From assembly GCF_009914755.1 (NCBI RefSeq), contig NC_060925.1: a DNA stretch of 64,000 bases, one strand, 5' to 3'. The translations under genes and the position numbers were made by a program. Shown here one piece after another: positions 1 through 14,138 of this stretch. The stretch is from the human T2T-CHM13v2.0 reference genome, Homo sapiens. How positions within the stretch are numbered: the stretch's first letter is position 1; each line of letters opens with the position of its first letter. Under the pieces are notes generated by a model. It was given only the letters and a program-made list of their open reading frames with translations. It searched no databases and was not told the origin of the DNA.

Positions 1-503
1 TAAAATGGAATCGAATGGAATCATCATCAAATGGAATCAAATGGAATCATTGAACGGAATTGAATGGAATCGTCATCGAATGAATTGAATGCAATCATCG
101 AATGGTCTCGAATGGAATCATCTTCAAATGGAATGGAATGGAATCATCGCATAGAATCGAATGGAATTATCATCGAATGGAATCGAATGGTATCAACATC
201 AAACGGAAAAAAACGGAATTATCGAATGGAATCAAAGAGAATCTTCGAACGGACCCGAATGGAATCATCTAATGGAATGGAATGGAATAATCCATGGACT
301 CGAATGCAATCATCATCGAATGGAATCGAATGGAATCATTGAAAGGACTCGTATGGAATAATCATTGAACGGAATCGAATGGAATCATCATCGGATGGAA
401 ATGAATGGAATCATCATCGAATGGAATCGAATAGAATTATGGAATGAAATCCAGTGTGATCATCATCGAATGGACCCGAATGGAATCATCATCCAACGGA
501 AGC

Positions 504-514
504 TAATGGAATCA
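504..514 (+). promoter_or_regulatory. DUX4 consensus-matching site TAATGGAATCA (representative; one per L module)
   Basis: Matches TAAYBBAATCA. DUX4 binding and activation of HSATII is established, but occupancy at these copies cannot be shown from sequence. Confidence 0.45.
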
Positions 515-1211
515 ACATCCAATGAATCGAATGGAAACACCATCGAATTGAAACGAATGGAATTATCATGAAATTGAAATGGATGGACTCATCATCGAAT
601 GGATTCGAATGGAATCATCGAATAAAATTGATTGAAATCATCATCGAATGGAATCGAATGGTATCATTGAATGGAATCGAATGGAATCATCATCAGATGG
701 AAATGAATGGAATCGTCATAGAATGGAATCGAATGGATTCATTGAATGGAATCAGATGGAATCATCGAATGGACTGGAATGGAATCATTGAATGGACTCG
801 AAAGGGATCATTATTGAATGGAATTGAATGGAATCATCGAATGGTCTCGATTGGAATCATTATCAAATGGAATCGAATGGAATCACCGAATAGAATCGAA
901 TGGAACAATCATCGAATGGACTCAAATGGAATTATCCTCAAATAGAATCGAATGGAATTATCGAATGCAATCGAATGGAGTTATCGAATGCAATCGAATA
1001 GAATCATCGAATGGACTCGAATGGAATCATCGAATGGAATGGAATGGAACAGTCAATAAACTCGAATGGAATCATCATTGAATGGAATCGAATGGAATCA
1101 TCGAGTGGAATCGAATGGAATTATGATCAAATGGAATCGAATGTAATCATCATCAAATGGAATCAAAAATAACCATCATCAATTGGTATTGAATGGAATT
1201 GTCATCAAATG

Positions 1212-1217
1212 GAATTC
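1212..1217. other. Conserved EcoRI site of the L module (representative)
   Basis: GGAATTCAAAGG near the end of L modules would give the classical 1.77-kb EcoRI fragment in S+L domains. Lost in the copy near 27040; a second site 16 bp upstream (GAATTCTC, e.g. 2971) marks one lineage. Confidence 0.8.
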
Positions 1218-1370
1218 AAAGGAATCATCATCAAATGGAACCGAATGGAATCCTCATTGAATGGAAATGAAAGGGGTCATCATCTAATGGAATCGCATGG
1301 AATCATCATCAAATGGAATCGAATGGAATCATCATCAAATGGAATCGAAAGGAATCATTGAAAGAATTGA

Positions 1371-1838
1371 ATGGAATCATCATCGAATGAATTGAATGCA
1401 ATCATCGAATGGTCTCGAATGGAATCATCTTCTAATGGAAAGGAATGGAATCATCGCATAGAATCGAATGGAATTATCATCGAATGGAATCGAATGGTAT
1501 CAACACCAAACGGAAAAAAACGGAATTATCGAATGGAATCGAAGAGAATCTTCGAACGGACCCGAATGGAATCATCTAATGGAATGGAATGGAATAATCC
1601 ATGGAGTCGAATGCAATCATCATCGAATGGAATCGAATGGAATCATCGAATGGACTCGAATGGAATAATCATTGAACGGAATCGAATGGAATCATCATCG
1701 GATGGAAACGAATGGAATCATCATCGAATGGAAATGAAAGGAGTCATCATCTAATGGAATTGCATGGAATCATCATCAAATGGAATCGAATGGAATCAAC
1801 ATCAAATGGAATCAAATGGAATCATTGAACGGAATTGA
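1371..1838 (+). repeat. Representative short module S (468 bp)
   Basis: Phase marker ATTGA-ATGGAATC(G/A)TCATCGAATGAATTG recurs at 1371 and 1839. Same 468 spacing at 3147, 6673, 7141, 11896, 13671, 27196, 27664, 29417, 31193 and many others. Confidence 0.93.
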
Positions 1839-3146
1839 ATGGAATCGTCATCGAATGAATTGAATGCAATCATCGAATGGTCTCGAATGGAATCATCTTC
1901 AAATGGAATGGAATGGAATCATCGCATAGAATCGAATGGAATTATCATCGAATGGAATCGAATGGAATCAACATCAAACGGAAAAAAACGTAATTATCGA
2001 ATGGAATCGAAGAGAATCATCGAATGGACCCGAATGGAATCATCTAATGGAATGGAATGGAATAATCCATGGACTCGAATGCAATCATCATCGAATGGAA
2101 TCGAATGGAATCATCGAATGGACTCGAATGGAATAATCATTGAACGGAATCGAATGGAATCATCATCGGATGGAAATGAATGGAATCATCATCGAATGGA
2201 ATCGAATAGAATTATGGAATGAAATCCAGTGTGATCATCATCGAATGGACACGAATGGAATCATCATCCAACGGAAGCTAATGGAATCAACATCGAATGA
2301 ATCAAATGGAAACACCATCGAATTGAAACGAATGGAATTACCATGAAATTGAAATGGATGGACTCATCATCAAATGGATTCGAGTGGAATCATCGAATAA
2401 AATTGATTGAAATCATCATCGAATGGAATCGAATGGTATCATTGAATGGAATCGAATGGAATCATCATCAGATGGAAATGAAAGGAATCGTCATAGAATG
2501 GAATCGAATGGATTCATTGAATGGAATCAGATGGAATCATTGAATGGACTGGAATGGAATCATTGAATGGACTCGAAAGGGATCATGATTGAATGGAATT
2601 GAATGGAATCATCGAATGGTCTCGATTGGAATCATTATCAAATGGAATCGAATGGAATCACCGAATAGAATCGAATGGAACAATCATCTAATGGACTCAA
2701 ATGGAATTATAATCAAATGGAATCGAATGGAATTATCGAATGCAATCGAATGGAATTATCGAATGCAATCGAAGAGAATCATCGAATGGACTCGAATGGA
2801 ATCATCGAATGGAATGGAATGGAACAGTCAATGAACTCGAATGGAATCATCATTGAATGGAATCGAATGGAATCATCGAGTGGAATCGAATGGAATTATG
2901 ATCAAATGGAATCGAATGTAATCATCATCAAATGGAATCAAAAATAACCATCATCAATTGGTATTGAATGGAATTCTCATCAAATGGAATTCAAAGGAAT
3001 CATCATCAAATGGAACCGAATGGAATCCTCATTGAATGGAAATGAAAGAGGTCATCATCTAATGGAATCGCATGGAATCATCATCAAATGGAATCGAATG
3101 GAATCAACATCAAATGGAATCTAATGGAATCATTGAACGGAATTGA
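1839..3146 (+). repeat. Representative long module L (1308 bp)
   Basis: Marker spacing 1839 to 3147. Contains L-specific landmarks GAAATCCAGTGTGATC, CCAACGGAAGCTAATGG, GGAACAGTCAATG, CAAAAATAACC and GGAATTCAAAGG. Confidence 0.93.
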
Positions 3147-6100
3147 ATGGAATCGTCATCGAATGAATTGAATGCAATCATCGAATGGTCTCGAATGGAA
3201 TCATCTTCAAATGGAATGGAATGGAATCATCGCATAGAATCGAATGGAATTATCATCGAATGGAATCGAATGGAATCAACATCAAACGGAAAAAAACGGA
3301 ATTATCGAATGGAATCGAAGAGAATCTTCGAACGGACCCGAATGGAATCATCTAATGGAATGGAATGGAATAATCCATGGACTCGAATGCAATCATCATC
3401 GAATGGAATCGAATGGAATCATCGAATGGACTCGAATGGAATAATCATTGAACGGAATCGAATGGAATCATCATCGGATGGAAACGAATGGAATCATCAT
3501 CGAATGGAAATGAAAGGAGTCATCATCTAATGGAATTGCATGGAATCATCATAAAATGGAATCGAATGGAATCAACATCAAATGGAATCAAATGGAATCA
3601 TTGAACGGAATTGAATGGAATCGTCATCGAATGAATTGAATGCAATCATCGAATGGTCTCGAATGGAATCATCTTCAAATGGAATGGAATGGAATCATCG
3701 CATAGAATCGAATGGAATTATCATCGAATGGAATGGAATGGAATCAACATCAAACGGAAAAAAACGGAATTATCGAATGGAATCGAAGAGAACCATCGAA
3801 TGGACCCGAATGGAATCATCTAATGGAATGGAATGGAATAATCCATGGACTCGAATGCAATCATCATCGAATGGAATCGAATGGAATCATCGAATGGACT
3901 CGAATGGAATAATCATTGAACGGAATCGAATGGAATCATCATCGGATGGAAATGAAAGGAGTCATCATCTAATGGAATTGCATGGAATCATCATAAAATG
4001 GAATCGAATGGAATCAACATCAAATGGAATCAAATGGAATCATTGAACGGAATTGAATGGAATCGTCATCGAATGAATTGAAAGCAATCATCGAATGGTC
4101 TCGAATGGAATCATCTTCAAATGGAATGGAATGGAATCATCGCATAGAATCGAATGGAATTATCATCGAATGGAATCGAATGGAATCAACATCAAACGGA
4201 AAAAAACGGAATTATCGAATGGAATCGAAGAGAATCATCGAATGGACCCGAATGGAATCATCTAATGGAATGGAATGGAATAATCCATGGACTCGAATGC
4301 AATCATCATCGAATGGAATCGAATGGAATCATCGAATGGACTCGAATGGAATAATCATTGAACGGAATCGAATGGAATCATCATCGGATGGAAATGAATG
4401 GAATCATCATCGAATGGAATCGAATAGAATTATGGAATGAAATCCAGTGTGATCATCATCGAATGGACCCGAATGGAATCATCATCCAACGGAAGCTAAT
4501 GGAATCAACATCGAATGAATCAAATGGAAACACCATCGAATTGAAACGAAAGGAATTACCATGAAATTGAAATGGATGGACTCATCATCGAATGGATTCG
4601 AATGGAATCATCGAATAAAATTGATTGAAATCATCATCGAATGGAATCGAATGGTATCATTGAATGGAATCGAATGGAATCATCATGAGATGGAAATGAA
4701 TGGAATCGTCATAGAATGGAATCGAATGGATTAATTGAATGGAATCAGATGGAATCATCGAATGGACTGGAATGGAATCATTGAATGGACTCGAAAGGGA
4801 TCATTATTGAATGGAATTGAATGGAATCATCGAATGGTCTCGATTGGAATCATTATCAAATGGAATCGAATGGAATCACCGAATAGAATCGAATGGAACA
4901 ATCATCGAATGGACACAAATGGAATTATCCTCAAATGGAATCGAATGGAATTATCGAATGCAATCGAATGGAATTATCGAATGCAATCGAATAGAATCAT
5001 CGAATGGACTCGAATGGAATCATCGAATGGAATGGAATGGAACAGTCAATGAACTCGAATGGAATCATCATTGAATGGAATCGAATGGAATCATCGAGTG
5101 GAATCGAATGTAATCATCATCAAATGGAATCAAAAATAACCATCATCAAATGGAATCAAAAATAACCATCATCAATTGGTAGTGAATGGAATTCTCATCA
5201 AATGGAATTCAAAGGAATCATCATCAAATGGAACCGAATGGAATCCTCATTGAATGGAAATGAAAGGGGTTATCATCTAATGGAATCGCATGGAATCATC
5301 ATAAAATGGAATCGAATGGAATCAACATCAAATGGAATCAAATGGAATCATTGAACGGAATTGAATGGAATCGTCATCGAATGAATTGAATGCAATCATC
5401 GAATGGTCTTGAATGGAATCATCTTCAAATGGAATGGAATGGAATCAGCACATAGAATCGAATGGAATTATCATCGAATGGAATCGAATGGAATCAACAT
5501 CAAACGGAAAAAAACGGAATTATCGAATGCAATCGAAGAGAATCATCGAATGGACCCGAATGGAATCATCTAATGGAATGGAATGGAATAATCCATGGAC
5601 TCGAATGCAATCATCATCGAATGGAATCGAATGGAATCATCGAATGGACTCGAATGGAATAATCATTGAACGGAATCGAATGGAATCATCATCGGATGGA
5701 AACGAATGGAATCATCATCGAATGGAATCAAATAGAATTATGGAATGAAATCCAGTGTGATCATCATCGAATGGACCCGAATGGAATCATCATCCAACGG
5801 AAGCTAATGGAATCAACATCGAATGAATCAAATGGAAACACCATCGAATTGAAACGAATGGAATTACCATGAAATTGAAATGGATGGACTCATCATCAAA
5901 TGGATTCGAATGGATTCATCAAATAAAATTGATTGAAATCATCATCGAATGGAATCGAATGGTATCATTGAATGGAATCGAATGGAATCATCATCAGATG
6001 GAAATGAATGGAATCGTCATAGAATGGAATCGAATGGATTCATTGAATGGAATCAGATGGAATCATTGAATGGACTGGAATGGAATCATTGAATGGACTC

Positions 6101-7608
6101 GAAAGGGATCATGATTGAATGGAATTGAATGGAATCATCGAATGGTCTCGATTGGAATCATTATCAAATGGAATCGAATGGAATCACCGAATAGAATCGA
6201 ATGGAACAATCATCGAATGGACTCAAATGGAATTATCCTCCAATGGAACCGAATGGAATTATCGAATGCAATCGAATGGAATTATCGAATGCAATCGAAT
6301 AGAATCATCGAATGGACTCGAATGGAATCATCGAATGGAATGGAATGGAACAGTCAATGAACTCGAATGGAATCATCATTGAATGGAATCGAATGGAATC
6401 ATCGAGTGGAATCGAAAGGAATTATGACCAAATGGAATCGAATGTAATCATCATCAAATGGAATCAAAAATAACCATCATCAATTGGTATTGAATGGAAT
6501 TGTCATCAAATGGAATTCAAAGGAATCATCATCAAATGGAACCGAATGGAATCCTCATTGAATGGAAATGAAAGGGGTCATCATCTAATGGAATCGCATG
6601 GAATCATCATCAAATGGAATCGAATGGAATCATCATCAAATGGAATCAAATGGAATCATTGAACAGAATTGAATGGAATGGTCATCGAATGAGTTGAATG
6701 CAATCATCGAATGGTCTCGAATGGAATCATCTTCTAATGGAAAGGAATGGAATCATCGCATAGAATCGAATGGAATTATCATCGAATGGAATCGAATGGT
6801 ATCAACACCAAACGGAAAAAAACGGAATTATCGAATGGAATCGAAGAGAATCTTCGAACGGACCCGAATGGAATCATCTAATGGAATGGAATGGAATAAT
6901 CCATGGACTCGAATGCAATCATCATCGAATGGAATCGAATGGAATCATCGAATGGACTCGAATGGAATAATCATTGAACGGAATCGAATGGAATCATCAT
7001 CGGATGGAAACGAATGGAATCATCATCGAATGGAAATGAAAGGAGTCATCATCTAATGGAATTGCATGGAATCATCATCAAATGGAATCGAATGGAATCA
7101 ACATCAAATGGAATCAAATGGAATCATTGAACGGAATTGAATGGAATCGTCATCGAATGAATTGAATGCAATCATCGAATGGTCTCGAATGGAATCATCT
7201 TCAAATGGAATGGAATGGAATCATCGCATAGAATCGAATGGAATTATCATCGAACGGAATCGAATGGAATCAACATCAAACGGAAAAAAACGGAATTATC
7301 GAATGGAATCGAAGAGAATCATCGAATGGACCCGAATGGAATCATCTAATGGAATGGAATGGAATAATCCATGGACTCGAATGCAATCATCATCGAATGG
7401 AATCGAATGGAATCATCGAATGGACTCGAATGTAATAATCATTGAACGGAATCGAATGGAATCATCATCGGATGGAAACGAATGGAATCATCATCGAATG
7501 GAAATGAAAGGAGTCATCATCTAATGGAATTGCATGGAATCATCATAAAATGGAATCGAATGGAATCATCATCAAATGGAATCAAATGGAATCATTGAAC
7601 GGAATTGA

Positions 7609-10600
7609 ATGGAATCGTCATCGAATGAATTGAATGCAATCATCGAATGGTCTCGAATGGAATCATCTTCAAATGGAATGGAATGGAATCATCGCATAGA
7701 ATCGAATGGAATTATCATCGAATGGAATCGAATGGTATCAACATCAAACGGAAAAAAATGGAATTATCGAATGGAATCAAAGAGAATCTTCGAACGGACC
7801 CGAATGGAATCATCTAATGGAATGGAATGGAATAATCCATGGACTCGAATGCAATCATCATCGAATGGAATCGAATGGAATCATTGAAAGGACTCGTATG
7901 GAATAATCATTGAACGGAATCGAATGGAATCATCATCGGATGGAAATGAATGGAATCATCATCGAATGGAATCGAATAGAATTATGGAATGAAATCCAGT
8001 GTGATCATCATCGAATGGACCCGAATGGAATCATCATCCAACGGAAGCTAATGGAATCAACATCCAATGAATCGAATGGAAACACCATCGAATTGAAACG
8101 AATGGAATTATCATGAAATTGAAATGGATGGACTCATCATCGAATGGATTCGAATGGAATCATCGAATAAAATTGATTGAAATCATCATCGAATGGAATC
8201 GAATGGTATCATTGAATGGAATCGAATGGAATCATCATCAGATGGAAATGAATGGAATCGTCATAGAATGGAATCGAATGGATTCATTGAATGGAATCAG
8301 ATGGAATCATCGAATGGACTGGAATGGAATCATTGAATGGACTCGAAAGGGATCATTATTGAATGGAATTGAATGGAATCATCGAATGGTCTCGATTGGA
8401 ATCATTATCAAATGGAATCGAATGGAATCACCGAATAGAATCGAATGGAACAATCATCGAATGGACTCAAATGGAATTATCCTCAAATAGAATCGAATGG
8501 AATTATCGAATGCAATCGAATGGAGTTATCGAATGCAATCGAATAGAATCATCGAATGGACTCGAATGGAATCATCGAATGGAATGGAATGGAACAGTCA
8601 ATAAACTCGAATGGAATCATCATTGAATGGAATCGAATGGAATCATCGAGTGGAATCGAATGGAATTATGATCAAATGGAATCGAATGTAATCATCATCA
8701 AATGGAATCAAAAATAACCATCATCAATTGGTATTGAATGGAATTGTCATCAAATGGAATTCAAAGGAATCATCATCAAATGGAACCGAATGGAATCCTC
8801 ATTGAATGGAAATGAAAGGGGTCATCATCTAATGGAATCGCATGGAATCATCATCAAATGGAATCGAATGGAATCATCATCAAATGGAATCGAATGGAAT
8901 CATTGAAAGAATTGAATGGAATCATCATCGAATGAATTGAATGCAATCATCGAATGGTCTCGAATGGAATCATCTTCTAATGGAAAGGAATGGAATCATC
9001 GCACAGAATCGAATGGAATTATCATCGAATGGAATCGAATGGTATCAACACCAAACGGAAAAAAACGGAATTATCGAATGGAATCGAAGAGAATCTTCGA
9101 ACGGACCCGAATGGAATCATCTAATGGAATGGAATGGAATAATCCATGGACTCGAATGCAATCATCATCGAATGGAATCGAATGGAATCATCGAATGGAC
9201 TCGAATGGAATAATCATTGAACGGAATCGAATGGAATCATCATCGGATGGAAATGAAAGGAGTCATCATCTAATGGAATTGCATGGAATCATCATAAAAT
9301 GGAATCGAATGGAATCAACATCAAATGGAATCAAATGGAATCATTGAACGGAATTGAATGGAATCGTCATCGAATGAATTGAAAGCAATCATCGAATGGT
9401 CTCGAATGGAATCATCTTCAAATGGAATGGAATGGAATCATCGCATAGAATCGAATGGAATTATCATCGAATGGAATCGAATGGAATCAACATCAAACGG
9501 AAAAAAACGGAATTATCGAATGGAATCGAAGAGAATCATCGAATGGACCCGAATGGAATCATCTAATGGAATGGAATGGAATAATCCATGGACTCGAATG
9601 CAATCATCATCGAATGGAATCGAATGGAATCATCGAATGGACTCGAATGGAATAATCATTGAACGGAATAGAATGGAATCATCATCGGATGGAAATGAAT
9701 GGAATCATCATCGAATGGAATCGAATAGAATTATGGAATGAAATCCAGTGTGATCATCATCGAATGGACCCGAATGGAATCATCATCCAACGGAAGCTAA
9801 TGGAATCAACATCGAATGAATCAAATGGAAACACCATCGAATTGAAACGAATGGAATTACCATGAAATTGAAATGGATGGACTCATCATCGAATGGATTC
9901 GAATGGAATCATCGAATAAAATTGATTGAAATCATCATCGAATGGAATCGAATGGTATCATTGAATGGAATCGAATGGAATCATCATCAGATGGAAATGA
10001 ATGGAATCGTCATAGAATGGAATCGAATGGATTAATTGAATGGAATCAGATGGAATCATCGAATGGACTGGAATGGAATCATTGAATGGACTCGAAAGGG
10101 ATCATTATTGAATGGAATTGAATGGAATCATCGAATGGTCTCGATTGGAATCATTATCAAATGGAATCGAATGGAATCACCGAATAGAATCGAATGGAAC
10201 AATCATCGAATGGACACAAATGGAATTATCCTCAAATGGAATCGAATGGAATTATCGAATGCAATCGAATGGAATTATCGAATGCAATCGAATAGAATCA
10301 TCGAATGGACTCGAATGGAATCATCGAATGGATTGGAATGGAACAGTCAATGAACTCGAATGGAATCATCATTGAATGGAATCGAATGGAATCATCGAGT
10401 GGAATCGAACGTAATCATCATCAAATGGAATCAAAAATAACCATCATCAAATGGAATCAAAAATAACCATCATCAATTGATATTGAATGGAATTCTCATC
10501 AAATGGAATTCAAAGGAATCATCATCAAATGGAACCGAATGGAATCCTCATTGAATGGAAATGAAAGGGGTTATCATCTAATGGAATCGCATGGAATCAT

Positions 10601-12363
10601 CATAAAATGGAATCGAATGGAATCAACATCAAATGGAATCAAATGGAATCATTGAACGGAATTGAATGGAATCGTCATCGAATGAATTGAATGCAATCAT
10701 CGAATGGTCTCGAATGGAATCATCTTCAAATGGAATGGAATGGAATCATCACATAGAATCGAATGGAATTATCATCGAATGGAATCGAATGGAATCAACA
10801 TCAAACGGAAAAAAACGGAATTATCGAATGCAATCGAAGAGAATCATCGAATGGACCCGAATGGAATCATCTAATGGAATGGAATGGAATAATCCATGGA
10901 CTCGAATGCAATCATCATCGAATGGAATCGAATGGAATCATCGAATGGACTCGAATGGAATAATCATTGAACGGAATCGAATGGAATCATCATCGGATGG
11001 AAACGAATGGAATCATCATCGAATGGAATCAAATAGAATTATGGAATGAAATCCACTGTGATCATCATCGAATGGACCCGAATGGAATCATCATCCAACG
11101 GAAGCTAATGGAATCAACATCGAATGAATCACATGGAAACACCATCGAATTGAAACGAATGGAATTACCATGAAATTGAAATGGATGGACTCATCATCAA
11201 ATGGATTCGAATGGATTCATCAAATAAAATTGATTGAAATCATCATCGAATGGAATCGAATGGTATCATTGAATGGAATCGAATGGAATCATCATCAGAT
11301 GGAAATGAATGGAATCGTTATAGAATGGAATCGAATGGATTCATTGAATGGAATCAGATGGAATCATTGAATGGACTGGAATGGAATCATTGAATGGACT
11401 CGAAAGGGATCATTATTGAATGGAATTGAATGGAATCATCGAATGGTCTCGATTGGAATCATTATCAAATGGAATCGAATGGAATCACCGAATAGAATCG
11501 AATGGAACAATCATCGAATGGACTCAAATGGAATTATCCTCCAATGGAATCGAATGGAATTATCGAATGCAATCGAATGGAATTATCGAATGCAATCGAA
11601 TAGAATCATCGAATGGACTCGAATGGAATCATCGAATGGAATGGAATGGAATAATCCATGGACTCGAATGCAATCATCATCGAATGGAATCGAATGGAAT
11701 CATCGAATGGACTCGAATGGAATAATCATTGAACGGAATCGAATGGAATCATCATCGGATGGAAACGAATGGAATCATCATCGAATGGAAATGAAAGGAG
11801 TCATCATCTAATGGAATTGCATGGAATCATCATAAAATGGAATCGAATGGAATCAACATCAAATGGAATCAAATGGAATCATTGAACGGAATTGAATGGA
11901 ATCGTCATCGAATGAATTGACTGCAATCATCCAATGGTCGCGAATGGAATCATCTTCAAATGGAATGGAATGGAATCATCGCATAGAATCGAATGGAATT
12001 ATCATCGAATGGAATCGAATGGAATCAACATCAAACGGAAAAAAACGGAATTATCGAATGGAATCGAAGAGAATCATCGAATGGACCCGAATGGAATCAT
12101 CTAATGGAATGGAATGGAATAATCCATGGACTCGAATGCAATCATCATCGAATGGAATCGAATGGAATCATCGAATGGACTCGAATGGAATAATCATTGA
12201 ACGGAATCGAATGGAATCATCATCGGATGGAAACGAATGGAATCATCATCGAATGGAAATGAAAGGAGTCATCATCTAATGGAATTGCATGGAATCATCA
12301 TAAAATGGAATCGAATGGAATCATCATCAAATGGAATCAAATGGAATCATTGAACGGAATTGA
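7609..12363 (+). repeat. Internally deleted HOR copy (4755 bp = 7545 - 2244 - 546)
   Basis: Module starts at 7609, 8916, 9358, 10666, 11896, 12364. Chimeric 442-bp unit at 8916 and chimeric 1230-bp unit at 10666. Confidence 0.87.
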
Positions 12364-14138
12364 ATGGAATCGTCATCGAATGAATTGAATGCAATCATCG
12401 AATGGTCTCGAATGGAATCATCTTCACATGGAATGGAATGGAATCATCGCATAGAATCGAATGGAATTATCATCGAATGGAATCGAATGGTATCAACATC
12501 AAACGGAAAAAAACGGAATTATCGAATGGAATCAAAGAGAATCTTCGAACGGACCCGAATGGAATCATCTAATGGAATGGAATGGAATAATCCATGGACT
12601 CGAATGCAATCATCATCGAATGGAATCGAATGGAATCATTGAAAGGACTCGAATGGAATAATCATTGAACGGAATCGAATGGAATCATCATCGGATGGAA
12701 ATGAATGGAATCATCATCGAATGGAATCGAATAGAATTATGGAATGAAATCCAGTGTGATCATCATCGAATGGACCCGAATGGAATCATCATCCAACGGA
12801 AGCTAATGGAATCAACATCCAATGAATCGAATGGAAACACCATCGAATTGAAACGAATGGAATTATCATGAAATTGAAATGGATGGACTCATCATCGAAT
12901 GGATTCGAATGGAATCATCGAATAAAATTGATTGAAATCATCATCGAATGGAATCGAATGGTATCATTGAATGGAATCGAATGGAATCATCATCAGATGG
13001 AAATGAATGGAATCGTCATAGAATGGAATCGAATGGATTCATTGAATGGAATCAGATGGAATCATCGAATGGACTGGAATGGAATCATTGAATGGACTCG
13101 AAAGGGATCATTATTGAATGGAATTGAATGGAATCATCGAATGGTCTCGATTGGAATCATTATCAAATGGAATCGAATGGAATCACCGAATAGAATCGAA
13201 TGGAACAATCATCGAATGGACTCAAATGGAATTATCCTCAAATAGAATCGAATGGAATTATCGAATGCAATCGAATGGAATTATCGAATGCAATCGAAAA
13301 GAATCATCGAATGGACTCGAATGGAATCATCGAATGGAATGGAATGGAACAGTCAATAAACTCGAATGGAATCATCATTGAATGGAATCGAATGGAATCA
13401 TCGAGTGGAATCGAATGGAATTATGATCAAATGGAATCGAATGTAATCATCATCAAATGGAATCAAAAATAACCATCATCAATTGGTATTGAATGGAATT
13501 GTCATCAAATGGAATTCAAAGGAATCATCATCAAATGGAACCGAATGGAATCCTCATTGAATGGAAATGAAAGGGGTCATCATCTAATGGAATCGCATGG
13601 AATCATCATCAAACGGAATCGAATGGAATCATCATCAAATGGAATCGAATGGAATCATTGAAAGAATTGAATGGAATCATCATCGAATGAATTGAATGCA
13701 ATCATCGAATGGTCTCGAATGGAATCATCTTCTAATGGAAAGGAATGGAATCATCGCATAGAATCGAATGGAATTATCATCGAATGGAATCGAATGGTAT
13801 CAACACCAAACGGAAAAAAACGGAATTATCGAATGGAATCGAAGAGAATCATCGAATGGACCCGAATGGAATCATCTAATGGAATGGAATGGAATAATCC
13901 ATGGAGTCGAATGCAATCATCATCGAATGGAATCGAATGGAATCATCGAATGGACTCGAATGGAATAATCATTGAACGGAATCGAATGGAATCATCATCG
14001 GATGGAAACGAATGGAATCATCATCGAATGGAAATGAAAGGAGTCATCATCTAATGGAATTGCATGGAATCATCATAAAATGGAATCGAATGGAATCAAC
14101 ATCAAATGGAATCAAATGGAATCATTGAACGGAATTGA

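Larger units (their letters stand above)
64..7608 (+). repeat. 7545-bp higher-order repeat, copy 1 (L1307-S-L-S-S442-L-L-S-S)
   Basis: Module starts at 64, 1371, 1839, 3147, 3615, 4057, 5365, 6673, 7141, 7609. The same order and diagnostic variants recur at 39221-46765. Confidence 0.9.

Noticed and set aside
205-216. GGAAAAAAACGG A-tract as an insertion remnant
   Set aside because: It occupies the same length as GGAATCAAGCGG in the divergent unit, so it arose by substitution within the satellite.
237-250. GAATCTTC as a heat-shock element
   Set aside because: Only two correctly spaced inverted nGAAn units; a canonical HSE needs three.
621-626. AATAAA in each L module as a polyadenylation signal
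   Set aside because: Easily derived from AATGGAA in an A-rich repeat; no clear downstream GU-rich element or transcript evidence.
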